64,000 nt of DNA, taken from assembly GCA_019923655.1 (NCBI GenBank), contig JAHXGL010000002.1, positions 2,933-66,932 on the forward strand, written 5' to 3'. The notes below the pieces were generated by a model that was not told the DNA's origin, did no database searches, and saw nothing but the letters and a program-made list of their open reading frames with translations. Shown piece by piece: positions 17,601-27,077 of the stretch. Every line of letters begins with the position of its first letter. The stretch's first letter is position 1. Source of the DNA: Candidatus Nealsonbacteria bacterium (GTDB lineage Bacteria > Patescibacteriota > Minisyncoccia > Minisyncoccales > RBG-13-42-11). Position numbers and translations under genes: made by a program.

Positions 17601-17822
17601 TTATTTCCCGCGATAAACAATCCTGCCTCTTTTTTTGTCATAAGGAGTTGTTTCTATTGTCACTTTATCTCCGGGCAAAATTTTAATCCGATATATTCTT
17701 AATTTGCCAGCCAAATAACAGAGAAGCTCTTCTCCGTCTTCTGTCTTTACCCGAAAATGAGTACTGGGCAATGCCTCTAAAACAATTCCAGATTTTCTTA
17801 TTTTTTCTTTGCGTAAATTCAT
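17601..17822 (-). CDS. infA: translation initiation factor IF-1
   Basis: S1-like fold sequence GIVLEALPSTHFRVKTEDGEELLCYLAGKLR. Confidence 0.9.
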   Translation of the reverse strand: MNLRKEKIRKSGIVLEALPSTHFRVKTEDGEELLCYLAGKLRIYRIKILPGDKVTIETTPYDKKRGRIVYRGK

Positions 17823-17859
17823 CTAGGAGTATCTTTAATAGAATAACAGAAATTATAAA

Positions 17860-19278
17860 TTAGTCAAGTTCAAACCTTAATTTAATTTCAATTTTGTCTA
17901 AATCTTCAGGCGCTCTATCCACCCAGAATGGCCAAAACTTTGGACTGGCTCTAATAATATCTGGCTTTGCTTCCAAAAAATCTTTAGTTTCATACAACGA
18001 CTTTCCCTTAACCGTATTTTCTAAAATCAGAATATTAATGTAGGGATAAATTTTTGCGGCAGCTTCCAAGGCAAGACTCATTTTACCCTGGTCCAAATCA
18101 AAGTCTGTTAAAGAATAATCTATTCTTAAACTCGGCTGATGAATTTGTTTGGTTTCAGGAATTTGGGTCTTAATAAATTCTATGGCAAAATCTTTTAAGT
18201 TTTGTTCTTTGAAAATTAAAGTTTTTGACTCAACTTTAACCTGAAAATTAAAATTTTCCATTTCCATTCCCGGCTTAGCCAAAGAAAAGGTTTCAATAAT
18301 TTCGGTCTGAATTGCCTGGTCAAAGAAAACAAACCCCATTTGCTCTTTGGTTTTTATTTTATTTTCAAAAAAAGCTCGGCTTTCTTTTTTCGCTCTTTCG
18401 CTCAAAATGTTTTTTGCTTTCTCTAAATCTTGTTCCGTCACCTGAATCATTTCTCTGGAAAAACCGCCTGTCATTGATTCAAAAGATTCAGCGTAAAAAT
18501 TAACAAAAAGCGGGGTTCCGACTAATCCCGGAATAGAGAAAGTAGAAGTCCCAATATTATGCCCCTCTCCCGGGACATCGGCAACTACCCTAACATCAAT
18601 ATGTCCGGGTATTATTTTTCCTCTTTCACGACTTTTGCCCGGAATAGTTATTCTGGTCGGCGTTCGGAACACTTTCCCTTCAGCTGATATAAAACGAGTT
18701 CTAGGGATAAAAGATTGAGAAGAAAATGAGTGTTTGTTAAAAACCCTTATTGTTCCTTCAGCTTTTCCCTGTTTTAGAACCTTGGCAGAAGCAGGAAAGA
18801 CATCAGCAACCGTTCTTTTTTCTCTAAAAATTTGGCCGGGAATAACCTTAGTCTTCCAAACCACGAAGGGGTTTGGAAACGAAGTCTTCCAAACCACGAA
18901 GGGATTTGGAAACGAAGTCTTCCAAACCTCTTCAGGTTTGGAAACTTTATTTTCAAAATCAAGTCCTTCTATGCCAATATCAATTTTTAATTCTGTGTTA
19001 AAAGTCTGAATTTCTGTTTTTGGCCAAACTTCTATTACTGCCTTAGGCAGAGTAAAAAAAGCAAGGGCTCCAAGCAAAACTAAAACTGATAATCCTAAAA
19101 TTAGCCATTTTTTATTAAACCCCTGCCTTGGTTTAGCTGTTTTTTTTTCTAAATCTTCTAAGATATTGGCTTCTTTGAAGGGTTTCAAACCCTTTTTGCG
19201 ATCTCGGACACCGGGTTCTAAAATTTGTTCGCGATTTGACGCACAAGGGGGAAAAATGTCAATTACTTTTTTAGTCAT
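17860..19278 (-). CDS. hypothetical membrane-anchored protein (single N-terminal TM) containing three in-frame hairpin-repeat units
   Basis: TM segment WLILGLSVLVLLGALAFF; WKTSFPNPFVV repeated (33-bp period = 11 codons); no family recognised. Confidence 0.5.
   Translation of the reverse strand: MTKKVIDIFPPCASNREQILEPGVRDRKKGLKPFKEANILEDLEKKTAKPRQGFNKKWLILGLSVLVLLGALAFFTLPKAVIEVWPKTEIQTFNTELKIDIGIEGLDFENKVSKPEEVWKTSFPNPFVVWKTSFPNPFVVWKTKVIPGQIFREKRTVADVFPASAKVLKQGKAEGTIRVFNKHSFSSQSFIPRTRFISAEGKVFRTPTRITIPGKSRERGKIIPGHIDVRVVADVPGEGHNIGTSTFSIPGLVGTPLFVNFYAESFESMTGGFSREMIQVTEQDLEKAKNILSERAKKESRAFFENKIKTKEQMGFVFFDQAIQTEIIETFSLAKPGMEMENFNFQVKVESKTLIFKEQNLKDFAIEFIKTQIPETKQIHQPSLRIDYSLTDFDLDQGKMSLALEAAAKIYPYINILILENTVKGKSLYETKDFLEAKPDIIRASPKFWPFWVDRAPEDLDKIEIKLRFELD
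18851..18945. repeat. three tandem hairpin-repeat units (33-bp period) inside a coding sequence
   Basis: gtcttccaaaccacgaaggggtttggaaacgaa x2 plus a variant copy. Confidence 0.85.
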
Positions 19279-21092
19279 ATTAAAATTGCTTTTATTCTTC
19301 TTATGCCTGCGCTAGAAGACTGTTCTTTAATAATTTTGAAACAACCCAATTCAGAAGTCCTTTTTACATGAGGTCCGGCGCAAATCTCTTTTGATACCCA
19401 ATCTTTATTTTTTTTATCTCTTATAGTATAAACAAATACTCTTTCCGGATACTTTTCTCTAAAAAAAGCTAAAGCGCCTGATTTTATCGCCTCTCCGCAT
19501 TCCATCTCTTGTTTTTCAACCTCTAAATCCTGTTTAATTCTTTGATTAACTATCTGCTCAACCTTTTTGATTTCATCTTGTGTCAGTTTAACAGAATGAG
19601 AAAAATCAAATCTTAATCTCTCTGAATTAATATCACACCCCATTTGCCTTACATTATCTTTAAGCGCTTCTCGCAAGGCATAATAAAGCAAATGCGTGGC
19701 AGTATGCAATTTAATAACCGCTATTTTTTGTTCCTCGTCTTTTATTTGTTCTGCTCCGGTCCCGCCAAATTTTTTGGTTGCTCCTATCCGGGAGATTTCC
19801 TGATGTTTTATAAAAGCTTGTTCAAAACTTTTTTTATCAACTTTTAATTTTTTTTCTACTGCCATTTCTTCTGTCATCTCCAAAGGAAAGCCATAAGTAT
19901 TATAAAGATGAAAAGCCATTGAGCCGTCAATCTCTCCCTTGCAGGCAAGCTTTTCAAATTCTTTTAATCCTTGTTCTAATGTCTTTTCAAATTTGGTTTC
20001 TTCTTTTTGGATTATAGACAAAATATCGGCTTGTTTTGTTTTGTGTTCCGGATAAAATTCCTGATAAATTTTAATGGTTTCTTGAGACAAAGGAATTAAA
20101 AAATTTCTTGGCAGGTTTATTAATTTTCCAATTCTCATTGCCCTCCTTAAAATTCTTCGCAAAATATAGCCCTGGTTTGTATTGGAAGGAAAAATTCCTT
20201 CAGCGGCTAGGAAAACCGCTCCTCTGATATGGTCAGAGATAATCCGAAAATTTGGTTTTTGGCTGTTGTAATTTTTAGCGCTTAAGACTTCAATTTTTTG
20301 AATAACAGGCAAAAATAAATCTGTCTCATAAGCCGATGGTTTGTTTTCTAAAACTGCTAATAACCTTTCAAAGCCAATACCTGTATCAACATTGCTCTGC
20401 GGCAACTTACTAAAACAACCATCTTTTTTTTTATTATACTCCATAAAGACCAAATTCCAAAGCTCAACAAACCGCTTGCATCTTTCGCAGTTTGGCCCGC
20501 AGTCCTGATTTCCGCACCCATATTGAGGACCCCGGTCGTAATGGATTTCAGAACAAGGGCCGCAAGGTCCTGTATCAGCTGTTGGGCCCCAAAAATTATC
20601 TTTTATTCCAAATTCAATAATTCTTTCTTGAGAAATCCCCTGTTCCTGCCAAATTTCCAAAGATTCTTTGTCTTTAGGAATGCCTGCTTCTCCTTTGAAA
20701 ATCGTGAACCAAAACTTATTTTTTTCCAAACCAAGGATGTTGCCCAAAAAATCAAGGGCTATTTCTATGGCGCCTTGCTTAAAATAACCCTTATCTTGGT
20801 CAAGACCAATTGACCAATTTCCAAGCATTTCAAAAAAAGTATGATGAGTATCATCTCCCACTTCTTCAATATCAAGAGTTCTAAAACATTTCTGAATTGA
20901 CGTTAAATGTCTGGTCCCAAAATCTTCTAAAACATTTTTGGTATTGGAAAGATAGGGAGTAAATTGCTGCATTCCGGCTGTTGTTAGCAAAACGCTCGTA
21001 TCAAGGGGCAAAAGCGAACTTGACGGAACAACTTTGTGCCCCTTTTTCTCAAAAAAATCTAAGAATTCCCGACGAAGTACTCTGGAAATCAT
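19275..21092 (-). CDS. alaS: alanine--tRNA ligase (catalytic, tRNA-binding and editing domains; lacks C-Ala domain)
   Basis: N-terminus FLDFFEKKGHKVVPSSSLLP, WNLVFMEYN, editing-site HTATHLL and CAGPHV motifs; 605 aa, shorter than canonical AlaRS. Confidence 0.85.
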   Translation of the reverse strand: MISRVLRREFLDFFEKKGHKVVPSSSLLPLDTSVLLTTAGMQQFTPYLSNTKNVLEDFGTRHLTSIQKCFRTLDIEEVGDDTHHTFFEMLGNWSIGLDQDKGYFKQGAIEIALDFLGNILGLEKNKFWFTIFKGEAGIPKDKESLEIWQEQGISQERIIEFGIKDNFWGPTADTGPCGPCSEIHYDRGPQYGCGNQDCGPNCERCKRFVELWNLVFMEYNKKKDGCFSKLPQSNVDTGIGFERLLAVLENKPSAYETDLFLPVIQKIEVLSAKNYNSQKPNFRIISDHIRGAVFLAAEGIFPSNTNQGYILRRILRRAMRIGKLINLPRNFLIPLSQETIKIYQEFYPEHKTKQADILSIIQKEETKFEKTLEQGLKEFEKLACKGEIDGSMAFHLYNTYGFPLEMTEEMAVEKKLKVDKKSFEQAFIKHQEISRIGATKKFGGTGAEQIKDEEQKIAVIKLHTATHLLYYALREALKDNVRQMGCDINSERLRFDFSHSVKLTQDEIKKVEQIVNQRIKQDLEVEKQEMECGEAIKSGALAFFREKYPERVFVYTIRDKKNKDWVSKEICAGPHVKRTSELGCFKIIKEQSSSAGIRRIKAILI

Positions 21093-21144
21093 ATTGTTTT
21101 ATAATATCATAACTCCTTGCTTTTTGCAAATATGGCTATTGCTC

Positions 21145-21173
21145 TTGACAGATATATTTAATTAACATATCAT
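21145..21173 (+). promoter_or_regulatory. sigma70-like promoter TTGACA-17 bp-TATCAT upstream of the TetR gene
   Basis: ttgaca at 21145-21150, 17-bp spacer, tatcat at 21168-21173. Confidence 0.45.
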
Positions 21174-21180
21174 AAACCAA

Positions 21181-21203
21181 GACTTACTGAACGGTAAGTA
21201 AAT
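21181..21203 (+). promoter_or_regulatory. candidate TetR operator: inverted repeat ACTTAC-N6-GTAAGT immediately upstream of the tetR-like start codon
   Basis: palindrome at 21182-21199, 5 nt before the ATG at 21205. Confidence 0.4.
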
Positions 21204-21204
21204 T

Positions 21205-21867
21205 ATGACTAAATCAAAACAAAGAATTTTAAAAGTTGCTTCTGATCTTTTTTCTGAGTTTGGATTTTTGGGCGTCTCAATGGAAGATATTGCTAAAAGA
21301 TTGAACATTACCAAAGCTGCCTTGTATTATCATTTTAGGAACAAAAAGCAACTTTATTTAGAAGTTCTTGAAAAATCATTTCAGAGCCTAATTGAAATTA
21401 TAAATAGACAAACATTCAATGCCAAATCCCCGGAACAAACTATTTCTCAATTAGTTAAGAGCTATCTTAAATTCGGAACAAAAGAAAAGAATCTGATCAA
21501 CTATTTAGTCTTAAAAACACCGAAACAGGATTCAGAAATTGCAAACTATATTGTCAAATTGAGGACCAAAATTGATTATCAATTTCAAACTTTTCTTAGG
21601 GGAATATTTGCCAAAAATAACCTGAAAATTACCACATCTTTTCTTTTGGGAACAATGGACAGGTTAATACTTGAAGCCGCTCTATTGAATAAAAGATTGA
21701 ATATAAAAAAGAGCTCTTTGCAAATTCTGCGGATAATTAAGCCCCTTTTTAGGGGAATAACAACAATGAAAATCAGAAATTCTCTCAAAAAAATTGGAAA
21801 GAGAAATAAAAGGTCGAAACCAGATAATTTTAATTCGCTAAAAAAACCATGGAACCTATTCACATAG
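21205..21867 (+). CDS. TetR/AcrR family transcriptional regulator
   Basis: N-terminal HTH LGVSMEDIAKRLNITKAALYYHF. Confidence 0.8.
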   Translation: MTKSKQRILKVASDLFSEFGFLGVSMEDIAKRLNITKAALYYHFRNKKQLYLEVLEKSFQSLIEIINRQTFNAKSPEQTISQLVKSYLKFGTKEKNLINYLVLKTPKQDSEIANYIVKLRTKIDYQFQTFLRGIFAKNNLKITTSFLLGTMDRLILEAALLNKRLNIKKSSLQILRIIKPLFRGITTMKIRNSLKKIGKRNKRSKPDNFNSLKKPWNLFT

Positions 21868-21960
21868 GGATAATAGTAATAATAATTGGTGTTGTTGGCT
21901 ATCTTGTCTACGCTAAGATGAATAAAAAATTCCCGTTTTAGTTATTTCTATTACCCATTA

Positions 21961-21998
21961 AAACAACGCACGACTCATTGATGGGTCGTGCGTTGTTT
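21961..21998. terminator. bidirectional intrinsic-terminator hairpin between the convergent tetR-like and DUF458 genes
   Basis: near-perfect 14-bp inverted repeat aaacaacgcacgac...gtcgtgcgttgttt flanked by A/T runs on both sides. Confidence 0.55.
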
Positions 21999-22015
21999 AT
22001 GAAACTACTAGACTT

Positions 22016-22522
22016 CTAAGCAAAGCGGTCTGCCACGGTTGAAGCCGCATAAGCTTCTGGTTTTATTTTTGGCTCAAAACCATTGCCCCGAATCAGACCG
22101 ACTACTTCCCTGATCATATCTTTTGTCTGGCCATTTTCGCCAACATCAGCATGAATATAGCGAAATTGATAACAAGAATTAGGCAGTTTCTGAATTCTTT
22201 TCCCTAAATTTTCCTTCAAAAACAGGGCTGTCTTACAAGAGAGAAAAACTTCTTCCAAGACCCTGGTTTTCCAATTGTAAAATTTTCTGTCCTTATAGTT
22301 AATTTTTTTAAGAAAAAATCGGCCACCCTCTTGTTTTCTTAAAATAACTATTGCCACCGGAAAATGAGGCTCTTCGCCAGAAGATGAATCGCAGCCAACA
22401 ATAATATCATAAAATTTCTCTGGTTTTTCAGACATATAATTGAACAATTCCTCAAGGACTTGGTCAATTTTCAAATTTCCCTTGGTTGGATTATAAAAAT
22501 ATCCTTGAAAAAGTTTTTCCAT
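22016..22522 (-). CDS. DUF458 (YkuK-like, RNase H-like fold) protein
   Basis: alignable with B. subtilis YkuK: FYNPTxGxL, VGCDSS, KIKPEAYAAS, ADRFA. Confidence 0.6.
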   Translation of the reverse strand: MEKLFQGYFYNPTKGNLKIDQVLEELFNYMSEKPEKFYDIIVGCDSSSGEEPHFPVAIVILRKQEGGRFFLKKINYKDRKFYNWKTRVLEEVFLSCKTALFLKENLGKRIQKLPNSCYQFRYIHADVGENGQTKDMIREVVGLIRGNGFEPKIKPEAYAASTVADRFA

Positions 22523-23190
22523 TAGATTGCGACATTTTTGATTATTCTTAGAAATTCTTTGGAATTTAACGAAGCGCCGCCGATTAAAAGCCCTTGAAAT
22601 CCAGCTTTTTCAATATAATCTTTAGCATTTTGAGAATTAACACTGCCGCCGTATAAAACAAAATTATTATCTGCGTTCTTTCTCATCTTCTTGGACCTTT
22701 CAACGCTACAGGGTTTACCAGTCCCTATGGCAAAAACAGGTTCATAAGCCAAGATATAATTTCCTTGAATGTCTTTAGGAATTTGAGAAAGTTTATCAAT
22801 GCACAAAATCGGTTTTAGCCCAACCTTCAATACTGCTTTTATTTTTTTATTTATCATTTCAAAGGTTTCTCCCCTTGCTCTTCTCTCAGAATGGCCAATA
22901 AGGACATATTTCACCCCAATATCTTTGAGCATTAAAGGAGAAATTTCGCCGGTATAAGCGCCCTTGTTCTCCCAAAAACAATCCTGCGCCCCATTAGCTT
23001 TTAGCGCGGACAGATAGACAAAGGGCGGACAAATAACTACTTCTACCCTATTAGAAAATCTTTGATTTCTATTGGGGCGGGTATTTCTTATTTTTTTAAT
23101 TCCCTGTTTTACTGAATTAAAAAGGAGCTTGGCTTGAGTCAATCTTTCAGGGTTCATCTTCCAATTGGCAACGATTAATAGTTTTTTCAT
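22522..23190 (-). CDS. tpiA: triosephosphate isomerase
   Basis: IVANWKMN, IGHSERR, AYEPVFAIGTG, YGGSV motifs. Confidence 0.9.
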   Translation of the reverse strand: MKKLLIVANWKMNPERLTQAKLLFNSVKQGIKKIRNTRPNRNQRFSNRVEVVICPPFVYLSALKANGAQDCFWENKGAYTGEISPLMLKDIGVKYVLIGHSERRARGETFEMINKKIKAVLKVGLKPILCIDKLSQIPKDIQGNYILAYEPVFAIGTGKPCSVERSKKMRKNADNNFVLYGGSVNSQNAKDYIEKAGFQGLLIGGASLNSKEFLRIIKNVAI

Positions 23191-23937
23191 TTATATCATT
23201 GTTAGGATTTTTGCCCCATCTTGAGTTACGGCTATCGTGTGTTCAAAGTGGGCTGCCAAACATTCATCAGCAGTAGTAAAACCATAACCATCCTTGCTTT
23301 TTTTTATCTTTCCATTTCCCGTTGTTATCATTGGCTCTAAACAAAAAACCATACCCTCTTTAATTTCCGAACCAGTCCTTCTTTTGCCATAATTCAAAAT
23401 TTGCGGCTCTTCATGAATTTTTTTCCCAATACCATGTCCACAAAGATCCTTAATAACATTAAACCCTTGCGATTCTACATATCTCTGAATAGTATTTCCA
23501 ATATCGCCAAAAGTATTTCCTGGGCTAATTTTTTTAATTCCTCTTTTTAGCGCTTTTTTTGTCACCCGAATTAATCTTTGAATTTCAGGAGCAATTATTC
23601 CCACCAGGACTGTAACCGCCATATCAGTGTGAAAACCCTTATAGAGTATTCCCAAATCAAGAGAGATTATATCCCCTTGTTCTAATTTCCTTTCAGAGGG
23701 CGCAATATGAACAATCTCCTCATTTATTGAAACGCAAAGACAAGCTGGAAATCCTTGATAGTTCCTAAAAGAACTTTTTGCCTTAGATTCAAAAACAAGG
23801 TTCTGGGCAATTTTGTCTAATTCTTTGGTGGCAATTCCCGGCTTAACTTTTTTCTCTAATTCCTTCATAATTCCAGCCAGAATCTTGCCGCCCTCTCGCA
23901 TTATTTTAATTTCCTCCGGAGTTTTGATTGTAATCAT
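23191..23937 (-). CDS. map: type I methionine aminopeptidase
   Basis: metal-binding pattern D..D..H..E..E, HGIGKKIHEEP. Confidence 0.9.
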   Translation of the reverse strand: MITIKTPEEIKIMREGGKILAGIMKELEKKVKPGIATKELDKIAQNLVFESKAKSSFRNYQGFPACLCVSINEEIVHIAPSERKLEQGDIISLDLGILYKGFHTDMAVTVLVGIIAPEIQRLIRVTKKALKRGIKKISPGNTFGDIGNTIQRYVESQGFNVIKDLCGHGIGKKIHEEPQILNYGKRRTGSEIKEGMVFCLEPMITTGNGKIKKSKDGYGFTTADECLAAHFEHTIAVTQDGAKILTMI

Positions 23938-23945
23938 ATGAAAGT

Positions 23946-24626
23946 TTAAAGTTTTATCTTTTCAAGAATATCCTTAAATATCTTCTCTATTGGCTGTTCT
24001 CCGTTAATCTTTATTAATTCTCCTCTTTTTTTATAATAATTAATTGTTGGCCGAACCTCTGTTTCAAACCACTCTAATCTCTTTTTTATCCCCTCTATTG
24101 TATCATCTGCTCTATTAAATAAATCTCCTTTGCATTTGTTACATTTTAGTAGTTTTCTAAATTCTCCAATAAAAGGAATGTTTTGGCCGCATCGTCTACA
24201 AACCCTTCTTTTGGTTAATCGCCAAATAGATTCTTTTGGAGAGATATTAATAAAGATAATTTTTTTATCTTTCCCGTATTCATACCAATCTAACGCTTGT
24301 TCTAACATTTCCGCCTCAAGTATAGTTCTGGGACTACCATCTATAATAAATCCGTTAAGTTTTGATTTTTTCTTAAACTCTTCTAATTTATCCATCCATA
24401 TCTTAAAGATAACCGGGGTAGCAACCCTTCCTCCCGCAGTCATAACCCTGCTGATCTTCAAACCGGTAAAATCTTTTTTCTTTTTTCTTGCTCGCAACAA
24501 ATCCCCGCTGCCGATATATTCTAAATTAAACTTTTTTGCCAAAAGTTCAGCTTGCGTCCCTTTCCCCGACCCCTGCGGACCCAAAACAATAATTACCAAT
24601 GATTTTTTTAACTTAGAATGTCTCAT
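23946..24626 (-). CDS. adk: adenylate kinase (with zinc-binding LID)
   Basis: P-loop GPQGSGKGTQA, LID cysteines CRRCGQ...CNKCKG. Confidence 0.9.
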   Translation of the reverse strand: MRHSKLKKSLVIIVLGPQGSGKGTQAELLAKKFNLEYIGSGDLLRARKKKKDFTGLKISRVMTAGGRVATPVIFKIWMDKLEEFKKKSKLNGFIIDGSPRTILEAEMLEQALDWYEYGKDKKIIFINISPKESIWRLTKRRVCRRCGQNIPFIGEFRKLLKCNKCKGDLFNRADDTIEGIKKRLEWFETEVRPTINYYKKRGELIKINGEQPIEKIFKDILEKIKL

Positions 24627-25893
24627 ATTCCCGCATTTGGAGCTGGGCTTTAATTTGCCTCATTGTCTCCAAAACAACGCTCACTACAATTATCAAACCG
24701 GCTCCGCCGACTAAAAATTGAAAAACCATTACCCCTGTTATCCCGGCAATAACAGCCGGTATCACTGCTATCGTTCCTAAAAACAAAGCGCCAACCAATA
24801 AAACCCGATTTAAAATAAAATACATAAAATCAGCTGTTGATTGCCCTGGCCTGACCCCTGGAATAAAACCACCTATTTTTTGCAAATTTGAAGCAATAGA
24901 TTTGGGATCAAAAGTAACCGCTGTATAAAAATAAGTAAAAACAACTACTAAAATAAAAAGTAAGCTGCCGTGAACCCAGGGAGATCTAAGGGCAATTTCA
25001 ACACTTTGAGCCATTGCGCCAACTATTCCCCCAACACCAGCTAAAACAGTAGCGATCATACTTGGAAAAAGCAAAAGCGAAAAAGCAAAAATAATAGGAA
25101 TCACTCCGGCTGGATTAATATTCAAAGGCAGATAAGTGGAAACGCCTCCGTACATTTTCATTCCCCTTACCCGCTTCGCGTAAGAAATCGGGATATTGCG
25201 CCGGCCCTCATTAATTAAAACCACGCCTGCAATGATAACCAAAGCCATAGCGAAAAAAAGCAGATAAGCCGGGAGCATTGCCGGGTCCCAAACAGCAAGA
25301 ACATGCCCAATTTCCATTGGCACTATGGCAATAATTCCGGCAAAAATCAAAAGCGAAACTCCGTTTCCGATTCCTTTTTCAGAAATAAGTTCCCCTAACC
25401 ACATTAAAAAAACAGACCCGGCAGCTACCGTTAAAAGCCAAACCAAAACCATAAACGGAGAAAGCGCTCCGACTACAGGATCTGGCCCGGCTTGCAAAAG
25501 AGATAACATTCCAAAACCCTGAAGCATTGCCAAAGGTACGGTCGCTATTCTTCCATATTGATTAAATTTTTGACGACCCGCTTCGCCTTCCTCTTTATAC
25601 ATTTGCTGCAATTTAGGGAAAATCATTGTTAAAAGCTGGAGAATAATCGTCGCAGTAATATAGGGACCTAATCCTAACATAACAATAGAAAGAGTGTCTA
25701 AGGCGCCGCCAGTAAATAGGTTTAAAAAGCCGAAAATCTCAGCTTCTCCAAAAAATCTCTGCAGGGCTTGAGAATCAACTCCAAGTATGGGAATATTAGC
25801 CATTATTCTAAAGACAACAAAAATCCCCAAAACAAACAGGATTTTTTTACGGAGATCAGGAATTTTAAATATTTGAATAATTTTATCTAACAT
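24613..25893 (-). CDS. secY: preprotein translocase subunit SecY
   Basis: 10-TM SecY architecture and conserved order rplO-secY-adk-map. Confidence 0.9.
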   Translation of the reverse strand: MLDKIIQIFKIPDLRKKILFVLGIFVVFRIMANIPILGVDSQALQRFFGEAEIFGFLNLFTGGALDTLSIVMLGLGPYITATIILQLLTMIFPKLQQMYKEEGEAGRQKFNQYGRIATVPLAMLQGFGMLSLLQAGPDPVVGALSPFMVLVWLLTVAAGSVFLMWLGELISEKGIGNGVSLLIFAGIIAIVPMEIGHVLAVWDPAMLPAYLLFFAMALVIIAGVVLINEGRRNIPISYAKRVRGMKMYGGVSTYLPLNINPAGVIPIIFAFSLLLFPSMIATVLAGVGGIVGAMAQSVEIALRSPWVHGSLLFILVVVFTYFYTAVTFDPKSIASNLQKIGGFIPGVRPGQSTADFMYFILNRVLLVGALFLGTIAVIPAVIAGITGVMVFQFLVGGAGLIIVVSVVLETMRQIKAQLQMREYETF

Positions 25894-25909
25894 TTTCTTT
25901 TTTTATTTT

Positions 25910-26146
25910 TTATATTTTTTGCTTTTCGCTTTTGCTTTTCGCTTTACGGCACACACTCCTATTCCTATATCCTCTTAATTTAGGGTATCTTTTTATTAAT
26001 CCGCGGATAATTGGTTCAAACCTTGCTCCGGCTCGAGATTTCTGGCCCTTCATTCCGCGACCGGAATAAGTACCACGTTTACCGCCCCGGCCAAGCCGTT
26101 TTCTTTTTTTTCTTTTATGAATTGGTTTTAATTGGTGTAATTGCAT
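25910..26146 (-). CDS. rplO: 50S ribosomal protein L15 (only N-terminal ~75 aa; C-terminal globular domain absent)
   Basis: KRKKRKRLGRGGKRGTYSGRGMKGQKSRAG and PKLRGYRN align to the L15 N-terminus; stop 17 bp before secY. Confidence 0.7.
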   Translation of the reverse strand: MQLHQLKPIHKRKKRKRLGRGGKRGTYSGRGMKGQKSRAGARFEPIIRGLIKRYPKLRGYRNRSVCRKAKSKSEKQKI

Positions 26147-26182
26147 AATAATAATTCAAAGGGTCAGACTCCTAAGCACTTG

Positions 26183-26683
26183 CTACCCTCTACTCTCTAC
26201 TTTACTTTCTACTTTAGTTTTTAATTTTTCTAAAGCTGCGATGGTTGCTCGGGCATTATTTAATTTATTCCCGGTCTTGCCAATAATTTTTGAAGAAATA
26301 TTTTTAATGCCGACTAAACTGCAAATTACCCTTACTATTCCTCCAGCTACTAATCCCTTGCCTTTTCTTTGAGGCTTTAAAAGAATTTTAGCCGCGCCAA
26401 ATTTAGCATCAACTTCATAAAGAATAGTATCTTCAAAAATCGGCACTTCAATCAGTTTTTTCTTGGCTATTTTGGTTGCTTTCTCTATTGCCAAAGCAAC
26501 ATCTTTTCCTTTGGCTGTTCCTATTCCTATTTTCCCTTTTTTATTCCCGCAAATCATTACCGCCCTGAACCTTATCTTTCTTCCGCCGGTTCTCGTATGA
26601 GCAACTCTGGCTAAGTCCAAAAGCTTTGATTCAAAATCATCTCTTGGTTTTTGTTCTCTGTGTTTTCGAAAATCTCTTTTCAT
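26183..26683 (-). CDS. rpsE: 30S ribosomal protein S5
   Basis: RFRAVMICGNKKGKIGIGTAKGKDVALAIEKA S5 core. Confidence 0.9.
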   Translation of the reverse strand: MKRDFRKHREQKPRDDFESKLLDLARVAHTRTGGRKIRFRAVMICGNKKGKIGIGTAKGKDVALAIEKATKIAKKKLIEVPIFEDTILYEVDAKFGAAKILLKPQRKGKGLVAGGIVRVICSLVGIKNISSKIIGKTGNKLNNARATIAALEKLKTKVESKVESRG

Positions 26684-26687
26684 TATT

Positions 26688-27047
26688 TTAGAATTTTAGT
26701 CCTCCTTCTCTCGCTCCTTCAGCCACTGCCTTTACTCTTCCATGATATTTATACCATCCCCTGTCAAAAACTACTTTCTTAATTTTCTTTTCAAGCGCCT
26801 TTTCAGCTATTAATTTTCCAACTTCTTTGGCGATAGTTATTTTTCCTTGTTTTTTTTCTTTTTTTAATTCTTGACTGCTAACCATTGACAAGGTTTTCCC
26901 TTTCTCATTGTCAACAATGAGTTGAGCATAAATATGTTTTGCTGACCTAAAAACACAAAGCCGCGGCCGAGCAGACGTTCCAGATATTTTCGCCCTGACA
27001 CATTTATGGCGTCGAAATCTTTTCTCGTGTTTTATTTTAATATCCAT
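26688..27047 (-). CDS. rplR: 50S ribosomal protein L18
   Basis: position between rplF and rpsE and L18 C-terminal motif. Confidence 0.85.
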   Translation of the reverse strand: MDIKIKHEKRFRRHKCVRAKISGTSARPRLCVFRSAKHIYAQLIVDNEKGKTLSMVSSQELKKEKKQGKITIAKEVGKLIAEKALEKKIKKVVFDRGWYKYHGRVKAVAEGAREGGLKF

Positions 27048-27077
27048 AATAGCCTAAATACAAATTGATTTCTGAAT

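Noticed and set aside
26165-26225. Tandem repeat CTTTACTTTCTACTTTAG at the rpsE 3' end as a regulatory element
   Set aside because: It lies inside the rpsE coding region and encodes the KVESKVES C-terminal tail. It is treated as a coding microsatellite, not a separate feature.
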